Source: Promethearchaeum syntrophicum
Lineage (GTDB): Archaea > Asgardarchaeota > Lokiarchaeia > Sigyniarchaeales > Promethearchaeaceae
Direction of reading: 5' to 3'
Length of the DNA: 32,000 bases
NCBI RefSeq assembly: GCF_008000775.2
Contig: NZ_CP042905.2
Coordinates: forward strand, 3,300,001-3,332,000
Shown here: in pieces, positions 9,068 to 16,461 of the stretch
How the letters are laid out: each line of letters starts with the position of its first letter
Position numbering within the stretch: position 1 is the first letter of the stretch
Translations under genes and position numbers: made by a program
Notes under the pieces: generated by a model
The model's input: only the letters and a program-made list of their open reading frames with translations
What the model was told of the DNA's origin: nothing
Database searches by the model: none

Positions 9068-10744
9068 ATGACAAAATATGTGTTCGTAACCGGCGGTGTA
9101 ATGAGTGGTATAGGAAAAGGCGTTACAACCGCATCTATAGGCAAAATTTTCCAATTTCGTGGATTCAGAGTATCTGCTATAAAAATTGATCCTTACCTCA
9201 ATGTCGATCCTGGGACATTGAATCCGATAGAGCACGGAGAGTGTTTCATAACAGATGAAGCTTGGATGTTTAATCCAACTAATGATCAGAATAATCCATA
9301 TGTTTCAACGAAAATTGCAGAGTTAGATCAAGATTTTGGAACATATGAGAGATTCTTAGGTGATTTTATACATCCTTCACATAATATTACTAGTGGGCAG
9401 ATTTACTTTGAAACCATACTCCGCGAAAGAAAGGGAGATTATCTGGGAAAGACAGTTCAAATAATTCCACATTGTACTAATATGATTAAAGAAAGGATAG
9501 TTAGAATTGCGAAAAGCGAGGATTTAGATGTTTTAATTATAGAATGTGGAGGAACAGTCGGTGATGTTGAGTCAATTATTTTTCTGGAAGCTTTCCGTCA
9601 ACTTAAGTTAGAGTTACCCACAAACGATACGGTACTAATTCATGTTACAGTTGTTCCATATTCAAAAGCTGTTGGAGAACTAAAAAGTAAACCTACTCAA
9701 CATTCAGTAAAAGCGCTTCAAAGTGCAGGATTACAACCTGATTTTCTAATTTGTCGTTCAGAAATACCTATGGGTAAGGAGATAAAACGGAAAATTTCTT
9801 TATTTTCAAATGTTCAACCTCAATTTGTAATTTCAAACCCAGATATTCAATCAATTTACTCGCTACCTTTAATTTTTGAAGAGCAGAAATTAGGAGATTT
9901 AATCAGTGACATTTTTGACCTTAAACCCAGATTAGTAGAATTTAGTTCGGTTAACAATTATTCTGAATGGAAGAAAACCGCACAGTTGTTTATAAATAAA
10001 AATATAAATACCGTAAAAATTGGTATGCCCGGAAAATATACCGATAATAAAGATTCCTATGTGTCTATTAATGAGGCACTTAAGCATGCTTGTGCGCACG
10101 AGCAAGTTAATTTAGAAATTGTTTTCATCAATGTGGAAAAAGAAGGTTTCCAAGAAAATTTAAAAGAATGCGATGGAATATTGTTGACTCCTGGATTCGG
10201 AACGCGAGGTATTGAAGGTATGATTAGTTCTGCAGAAATTGCGATGGATGAAAAAATTCCGTATTTAGGCATATGTTTTGGAGCACAGCTCTTTTATGTA
10301 GCCTTTATGAGGCATATAATGGGAATTAAAAACGCACATTCTACCGAAATAGAACCCAATACACCTAATCCTGCAGTGAGTATGATGGATGAACAGCATA
10401 AAATTGTTAATTTAGGTGGAACAATGCGATTAGGAGCCCATAAAATAGTAATAAAGGAAGACACAAAACTTTTCAAAGCATATAATCAAAAGGAGATAAG
10501 AGAGAGATTTCGGCACAGATTTCATATTAATGAGAATTACATGACTTCTGAAACAGAACATAAGGGATTGAAAATATCCGCCTATGATGAAACTGGAAAA
10601 ATTGTAAATGCAATTGAATTATCTGATCCGGATCATTGGATGCTGGGAACGCAATTTCATCCTGAATTCACCAGCCGTCCTTACCGACCGAGTCCAATTT
10701 ATCTGGCTTTTATAAAAGCAATAAAGAAATACAAGAATCTTTAA
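9068..10744 (+). CDS. pyrG: CTP synthase (glutamine hydrolysing)
   Basis: 'KYVFVTGGVMSGIGKG', 'DPYLNVDPGTLNPIEHGE', 'GGTVGDVES', 'SRSEIPMGKEIKRKISLF'-type motif, glutaminase 'GICFGAQ', 'GGTMRLG', 'GTQFHPEF'. Confidence 0.96.
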   Translation: MTKYVFVTGGVMSGIGKGVTTASIGKIFQFRGFRVSAIKIDPYLNVDPGTLNPIEHGECFITDEAWMFNPTNDQNNPYVSTKIAELDQDFGTYERFLGDFIHPSHNITSGQIYFETILRERKGDYLGKTVQIIPHCTNMIKERIVRIAKSEDLDVLIIECGGTVGDVESIIFLEAFRQLKLELPTNDTVLIHVTVVPYSKAVGELKSKPTQHSVKALQSAGLQPDFLICRSEIPMGKEIKRKISLFSNVQPQFVISNPDIQSIYSLPLIFEEQKLGDLISDIFDLKPRLVEFSSVNNYSEWKKTAQLFINKNINTVKIGMPGKYTDNKDSYVSINEALKHACAHEQVNLEIVFINVEKEGFQENLKECDGILLTPGFGTRGIEGMISSAEIAMDEKIPYLGICFGAQLFYVAFMRHIMGIKNAHSTEIEPNTPNPAVSMMDEQHKIVNLGGTMRLGAHKIVIKEDTKLFKAYNQKEIRERFRHRFHINENYMTSETEHKGLKISAYDETGKIVNAIELSDPDHWMLGTQFHPEFTSRPYRPSPIYLAFIKAIKKYKNL

Positions 10745-12987
10745 ATGTTTTCTGTTCCCTTTTCGATAATTTCTTTTAAAGTCATTATCGTAGTATCCGG
10801 GCTGTAAGTGTCAAATTCAAAGATTTTTGCAGCGTTTTTAAGGAAACTTTTCTGAATACGTTCCACAGAAAATTGATCGATGCCTAAATAACGTGTAGCC
10901 CAAGATTTTTTAGGTTTCATAATAATGACCATTATTTGTTTCTTGCCTATGTTATTTGCAATTTCATCTAACTCGTCTGAGATAATTTGAAATTCGTGTG
11001 ATGAAGTGGCATTCAAACCGGGATATTTCAGTGATATATTCGCACCCAAATCACTTAAAATTATGATAATAGGTAAATTGAACCCTTTAATCTTCTCTTG
11101 TTGAATCATCGTCAGTGTTTTCTTCAAAGCAGATGCAAGGGGAGTATAAGATGTAGCTTCAAGATTTTTAAGCTCAGTCAATCCTACAGAAAAAGAAACA
11201 GCAGGTCTTTGAAGTATGGTACTCTCTTTTCCTTGGAACGAAATCACAGAGATTTTATCTTTTTTTTTATAACCTTCTGCATGCACGCTCTGAATAATTT
11301 TAATTGTCTGATCCAAAGTTCGTCTCATCGAAGCACTTGCATCCACTATGAAATAGAGTGAAATTGGAGCTTTGACAACATTGATTTTTTCTTGTATATC
11401 ATCAATATTTAGATTTACAGCTAGGTTTGAATTATAAGATCTCTCTTGCAGAACAGTTTGTATAGCTTTTGTGTTATTAATAAAATGCGATTTAATTGAC
11501 GCATCAAACGCTATAGAATGGGGTTTTCCTCTGGGTTTTTGTGCATATATATATCTTCCTTTTGATTTAGTATTAAGACGAACCCTGGTTCCCCGCCCAG
11601 TATAGTTAACAATTTTTTGTTTCTTTTTTAAATATCGAAAAATTGGTGATACATCAAGGTTGATTGGTTTTTCTGTTCGATAAAATAGTAGATTGTCTGG
11701 ATCAATAATCCTTTTCTTTACATTGGTCTTTTTACTACTGGCTTTAAATCCATGAGAAAAATCTTCATCTGAATCAAAATTGGAATATCTATCTTGAGAT
11801 TTTCGATCTTTATCATCAACTTCTGGTAAATCTTCGTTTTCCTTATTTAATGGATTTTCTCGGTATTTTTCTTCTAAATCTGGAGAGGATTTAAAGGTAT
11901 TCATCATTTCTTTATCAGTTCCTTTATACAAAGTTGGATCTTCAAAAGATTTTGGAATTTTATGCCAGAGTTCTTCAAAAGTTGTTCCTAAATAATCATT
12001 GTTCAATTCGGGATTAATATGAGCGAGTTTATACTTAAAAACTAAATTGAGGGCTTGTTTTAAATCTTCTTTTTCAATCTTCGTAGAATTTCTGAAAGCC
12101 GCATGGGCTCGAGCACAATGAAGATAAGTAATTTCAGTCCTTTGGGATATTAATCCGAATTTTATAACAAGTTCTGAAGCAAAATTATAGATTTTGGGAG
12201 AAATTTTTATAGAAGATAGATTTTTTTTTGCAAATATTATATTTTCTTTGAGCTTTATTTGAAGAAGTTTGTAGTTTTCAATAAATTTTTGAGGATCGTC
12301 TTGAAATTCGATAACTCGGTTGGTAATTTCGGCACGTATACTGGGATCAATAGGTGCTTTGATTCCAATTTCAAGCCCCAACCGATCTGAAATCTGGGGA
12401 CGTAATTCACCCTCTTCAGGATTCATCGAGCCTACCAATATAAAAGAAGAGAGGTGAGTAATTGATATTCCTTCTCTTTCGATATGGTTAATCCCAGAAG
12501 CAGAAGCATCTAATAGGATATCGACTAGATGGTCTGGTAAAAGGTTTATTTCATCAATATACATTATGCCTCGATTTGCTTTAGCGAGTAACCCAGGTTG
12601 GAATTCTCTTTTCCCTTCCTTTATTATTCGTTCAATATCTAAAGAGCCTATTACCATTTCTTCGGTGGCACCTAGAGGCAAATTAACAAATGAAATGGGT
12701 TTCTTGATAGTTTTTTCAGGTTTTTTTTCCCCTTTTTCTTTACAATAATCACATAATTTTTCTGGATCTTCTAAATTGCATTGAAATGGACACCCTTCGT
12801 AAACTTCAATTTCAGGGAGTAATGCAACCAAGGAACGCGCAGCTGTACTTTTTCCTGTTCCCTGTTGTCCTGTAAGTAAAACACCACCAATCTTAGGATC
12901 TATCACATTTAAAATTAGAGCAAGCTTCATATCATCTTGGCCTAGTATCGCAGTAAATGGAAAGTTTTGAATCTTGATTTTTTTCAT
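10741..12987 (-). CDS. magnesium-chelatase-like fused AAA+ (ChlI-type) and VWA (ChlD-type) protein
   Basis: Walker A 'LTGQQGTGKSTAARSL', 'LPLGATEEMVIGSLD', Walker B 'RGIMYIDEINLLPDHLVDILLDA', 'GSMNPEEGELRPQISDRLGL', 'GRGTRVR', MIDAS 'DASAS'. Confidence 0.88.
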   Translation of the reverse strand: MKKIKIQNFPFTAILGQDDMKLALILNVIDPKIGGVLLTGQQGTGKSTAARSLVALLPEIEVYEGCPFQCNLEDPEKLCDYCKEKGEKKPEKTIKKPISFVNLPLGATEEMVIGSLDIERIIKEGKREFQPGLLAKANRGIMYIDEINLLPDHLVDILLDASASGINHIEREGISITHLSSFILVGSMNPEEGELRPQISDRLGLEIGIKAPIDPSIRAEITNRVIEFQDDPQKFIENYKLLQIKLKENIIFAKKNLSSIKISPKIYNFASELVIKFGLISQRTEITYLHCARAHAAFRNSTKIEKEDLKQALNLVFKYKLAHINPELNNDYLGTTFEELWHKIPKSFEDPTLYKGTDKEMMNTFKSSPDLEEKYRENPLNKENEDLPEVDDKDRKSQDRYSNFDSDEDFSHGFKASSKKTNVKKRIIDPDNLLFYRTEKPINLDVSPIFRYLKKKQKIVNYTGRGTRVRLNTKSKGRYIYAQKPRGKPHSIAFDASIKSHFINNTKAIQTVLQERSYNSNLAVNLNIDDIQEKINVVKAPISLYFIVDASASMRRTLDQTIKIIQSVHAEGYKKKDKISVISFQGKESTILQRPAVSFSVGLTELKNLEATSYTPLASALKKTLTMIQQEKIKGFNLPIIIILSDLGANISLKYPGLNATSSHEFQIISDELDEIANNIGKKQIMVIIMKPKKSWATRYLGIDQFSVERIQKSFLKNAAKIFEFDTYSPDTTIMTLKEIIEKGTENI

Positions 12988-13064
12988 TATTAAAAGTATT
13001 AATCATCAATAATTTGAAAATTATTTGAAAACTGATTAAAAAAAGTTTATGTAGGTTGAATTAA

Positions 13065-13694
13065 TCAATTATCGAAAAATTCGAAGGGGAAAAGTTTTCT
13101 TACATTACAATATAGATAATTTTCTGATAAATTCTCAACTTGAACTGTAAAATTACTGCTCTCTGGAGTATTGTCTGCGCTTTTAGTAATATTTAAAACT
13201 TGGACCCAAAAGTAGAGAATAGTACCATCAGCATAACCGAGAATTTCATCACCAGTGTCATCATCGAATCCATCTTGAGGATCAACATCAGTTTCTTTAT
13301 CGATTACGAATTCAAGGATTTCTCCAATCTCACTATCAAGGAGTTCATAATAGAATCCATTAATTAAACTACCTTTTGTAACTTCTGTAATAAAATTATT
13401 AGGGGGCTTGGACTCTTCGTCAGGTTCCTCACTTGTATCAAGATCACCAATGTCATCAATTCTCCATAGTTTATAATGAAGTTCGGCCGTATCTCCATCT
13501 TCAATATATAATTTATCTCCGTGTCCATTAGTGGATTCTGGTAAAAGAACTGCGAGAAGAACAACCCCAGTAATAGAGATCACAAAAATAAAACCCATAG
13601 CGAAATATTTTATTGGTATCTTCTGTTCATTGTATTGTTTCTTTCGAACGTAAAATTCCTTTTTCGCATGTTTAGGATTTCTTTTAGGGGACAC
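13065..13694 (-). CDS. membrane-anchored protein with FKBP-like domain (divergent)
   Basis: N-terminal TM 'YFAMGFIFVISITGVVLLAVLL'; 'EDGDTAELHYKLW...SLINGFYYELLDSEIGEILEFVI...YADGTILYFWVQVLNI' follows the FKBP order of motifs. Confidence 0.45.
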   Translation of the reverse strand: MSPKRNPKHAKKEFYVRKKQYNEQKIPIKYFAMGFIFVISITGVVLLAVLLPESTNGHGDKLYIEDGDTAELHYKLWRIDDIGDLDTSEEPDEESKPPNNFITEVTKGSLINGFYYELLDSEIGEILEFVIDKETDVDPQDGFDDDTGDEILGYADGTILYFWVQVLNITKSADNTPESSNFTVQVENLSENYLYCNVRKLFPFEFFDN

Positions 13695-13789
13695 GATCTC
13701 TGTATAATTAGCGGAATTAAAAAATTTTTTAGATCGTTTTTTTTTACATCAATATTATGAAATGTTTCTTTGCTACATAATTCAACAAA

Positions 13790-14425
13790 TTAAATATATA
13801 AATGAGATGTTGAATTTTTTAGTTCATCCTTCTCTATTGTTGATTTTAATCTCATTTGCAATTTGGGGCTTATATTTTTCATAAAGTAATCTATAGCAAA
13901 TATAATCGAAAAATAACTGAGCTTAAAAGATTCGAAGTCAGCTGAACATGGAACATCAGCTTGAGCCCATACTGACTTATTTTCAGGATCTAAAGAGTAA
14001 ACAACAGAGTTTAAAAGGAAATTACCTTTTAAAATTTCGGAAAACAAGTTTAGAAGTGCTTGTTGATTCAATTTTCCAGGTTCAATCTCGTAAATAGAAG
14101 TTTTTATAAGAATCCACTCAGTGGAGATAACGACGTGACTTAAAAATGTAAATTCTTCATATTCAAAGGGTATTGTAATAATTAGTTTTTCTACATCCAC
14201 TTTCATATCAACTATGCCAATATCCGAGAGATATTTCTCTATTTTAGAAAGATTTTCCTCCATTTTTTCTCTCTCCTCCTTAGTCAAGAGTTTTTGAAGG
14301 TTTTTATCTAGAGCTTTTGCAGGATATGGAGCAATTTTATCTTGCGAATCTTCTTTAATAGATTTAGGGAGATCAATTTTGCTCGTCTTTTTTTTTGTCG
14401 GGGATTTTTTCTTTCCCATAACCAA
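13790..14425 (-). CDS. YbjN / type III secretion chaperone-like fold protein with Lys-rich N-terminus
   Basis: Pattern 'VEKLIITIPFEYEEFTFLSHVVISTEWILIKTSIYEI...NLFSEILKGNFLLNSVVYSLDPENKSVWAQADVP...ESFKLSYFSIIFAIDYF' resembles YbjN/CesT-like domains; no database search run. Confidence 0.4.
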   Translation of the reverse strand: MVMGKKKSPTKKKTSKIDLPKSIKEDSQDKIAPYPAKALDKNLQKLLTKEEREKMEENLSKIEKYLSDIGIVDMKVDVEKLIITIPFEYEEFTFLSHVVISTEWILIKTSIYEIEPGKLNQQALLNLFSEILKGNFLLNSVVYSLDPENKSVWAQADVPCSADFESFKLSYFSIIFAIDYFMKNISPKLQMRLKSTIEKDELKNSTSHLYI

Positions 14426-14556
14426 TATAATATCGTAATTTTAGTTTTTATATGTTTTTAATTTCAACCTAATGGATTGATAGGAAATTTTTAAACCTCA
14501 ATTATATAGATTACATAAACGAGTTCGAAAAAAGAATACATGAGGCATACTATTAA

Positions 14557-16461
14557 TTGAGCAATTCTTCCGATTATTTTAGAAACAAAGTGTGGTATAT
14601 CATTAATACAATTCAAGCTAACCAACTTTTTGTGCATTCTGCAAACTTAAAAGTGCGTTATTCTGAAAATCAAATGCTCTTTGTAAGTAAGACAAGAAGA
14701 AGTAAGAAGAAAAGTTCAAAAAAAAAAAAAACAAGAAAGTTAATCACTAAAAATCTTCCTGAAATACTCACAATTTGTGTTTTAAATACATTAATACCTA
14801 ACTCAGCAATGCTATTAGTTGGAGGACATGGGGGTGGAAAAACCTCAATCGTAAAATATCTTGGTAGAATGTTTACAGGAATGACATTAGATGAAGCAGA
14901 GGAATGCATAATTCGTGGACACCCTCAATTAACGGAAGAAAAAATAATTGCTACATTAAATATTAAGAAATTGATGAAAGATGGGGAGGAAGAAGTCATA
15001 TGGAGAACCTTTTCTTCAAATTTTTGGAAAATTATTGATGAAGTTAATCGCTGTAGCCCCTATACACAAAATATCTTACTATCACTGCTCGCTGAAGGTA
15101 AAATCAAATATTATGATAGTGTATTAAACGTTTCAAAATATTGTTTGTTTGGCACCTTAAATCCCAATGATGTAGGTACATTTGAGATGTCAGCACCATT
15201 TTTAGACCGGTTTGGAATTTCCGTCCCAATTTCAATGCCAAAATCACAAGATCTCGCTGTAATTTTAGAAAGTCAAGATGAAAAACTTGGAGGATATGAT
15301 GAATTAATTCAAGTGCCTCAAGTTCTATCGGAAGAACAACTATTAAGTATTTGGTATGAGGTTAGCACAATTATCTGCTCAAAAGAAGCAGAAAATTTCA
15401 TTCATGCGATTATTAGAGAATATACATTATGTGAACGAGTAGATAAAGGGAATTCAGATTATTTAAAACCCAGCTCAGGACTTTGTAGCGGATGCCATTT
15501 TAACGTTCCCAACAAAGTACCTTGTAGCAATTCGGATTCGATTTTATCTGTAAGAGTTGCTAAAGATTTACTCCGTTATTCTCGCGCATTAACATGGTTA
15601 TTGGGGTTAAAAGAAGTTTCGGTAAACATTGTATTAACTGTTGCCCCTTATGTGATTTCTCATCGAGTAATCTATCTCGAACGAGCATTAAACAAGGACC
15701 CTTATTGGGGATCAAAATATGAATTTACAAAAAACATTCTAGAGATGGTATTGAAACGCTTTCACAATCGCGTAGAAGCATATGATATTATAGACAAATT
15801 CAGAGAAGGAAAGGGTAATGAAACGGAAAGGGAGAAATTGGAGCTGATGGCTAGAAATGATCTCATAGTACGTATAGATCTACTTCCTTTAGCAGAATCT
15901 CTGTCAAATCCCGAGTATATTGATATTGTAAATGAAATAAATGAATCAACCCAACAAAAAAATATAACACAAATCTCAACTTTAAGAAGAAGATTACTTC
16001 AAGAAATGGATTTTCCTAATCGAGGCGAACTAATCGCACGGTTAAATGGGATTTTACGTGTCCTAACTTTGAATACTTATAATTCCTCAATGGAACTTTG
16101 GAACTCAATAAGATTTACTATAGACGGTTTAATTCCTCAATTTTCAGCAAAATTAAAAGAAACTACACTGAATAGGGGAACTTATCGATTACGCACTGAA
16201 GATTTAGATATGGAAATTAATGTAACCGGTATTCATGAAAGCGATATTGTTAATTTTAGTTTTTATGGTGGCGATAGTGCTGAAAATTTGAAAGAAGCTA
16301 TTGAAAAGCAGCACAAAAACGCTTTTAAATCAATGGATGATTTAATCGAGGAATCTAAAATTGCTCGCGAAAAGGTTGAAAACGAATTTGGTTTATCAAA
16401 TATTGAAGTTTCTGAGAATATTAAAGAAGAAGAATATTTTGATGATGAAATTTATGACTGA
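14557..16461 (+). CDS. MoxR-family-like AAA+ ATPase
   Basis: Walker A 'LLVGGHGGGKTSIVKYL', Walker B 'FWKIIDEVNRCSPYTQNILLSLLAEGKI', 'GTLNPNDVGTFEMSAPFLDRFGISV'; Cys cluster C-x21-CxxC-x8-C in the C-terminal half. Confidence 0.85.
   Translation: MSNSSDYFRNKVWYIINTIQANQLFVHSANLKVRYSENQMLFVSKTRRSKKKSSKKKKTRKLITKNLPEILTICVLNTLIPNSAMLLVGGHGGGKTSIVKYLGRMFTGMTLDEAEECIIRGHPQLTEEKIIATLNIKKLMKDGEEEVIWRTFSSNFWKIIDEVNRCSPYTQNILLSLLAEGKIKYYDSVLNVSKYCLFGTLNPNDVGTFEMSAPFLDRFGISVPISMPKSQDLAVILESQDEKLGGYDELIQVPQVLSEEQLLSIWYEVSTIICSKEAENFIHAIIREYTLCERVDKGNSDYLKPSSGLCSGCHFNVPNKVPCSNSDSILSVRVAKDLLRYSRALTWLLGLKEVSVNIVLTVAPYVISHRVIYLERALNKDPYWGSKYEFTKNILEMVLKRFHNRVEAYDIIDKFREGKGNETEREKLELMARNDLIVRIDLLPLAESLSNPEYIDIVNEINESTQQKNITQISTLRRRLLQEMDFPNRGELIARLNGILRVLTLNTYNSSMELWNSIRFTIDGLIPQFSAKLKETTLNRGTYRLRTEDLDMEINVTGIHESDIVNFSFYGGDSAENLKEAIEKQHKNAFKSMDDLIEESKIAREKVENEFGLSNIEVSENIKEEEYFDDEIYD

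Noticed and set aside
9041-9235. 64 aa minus-strand ORF
   Set aside because: Antisense to the pyrG 5' end
10057-10476. Two small minus-strand ORFs (10057-10272, 10294-10476)
   Set aside because: Antisense to pyrG glutaminase domain, no independent support
11098-12748. Plus-strand ORFs 11098-11361 and 12566-12748
   Set aside because: Antisense to the chelatase-like gene
10741-12987. Chlorophyll/bacteriochlorophyll magnesium chelatase as a literal function
   Set aside because: No other tetrapyrrole genes in the window; ChlI/ChlD-like proteins occur in many non-photosynthetic archaea, so only the fold-level name is used
13364-13564. 66 aa minus-strand ORF
   Set aside because: Alternate frame inside the FKBP-like gene
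14670-14909. 79 aa minus-strand ORF
   Set aside because: Antisense to the MoxR gene; Phe/Leu run is the complement of the poly-A/Lys tract
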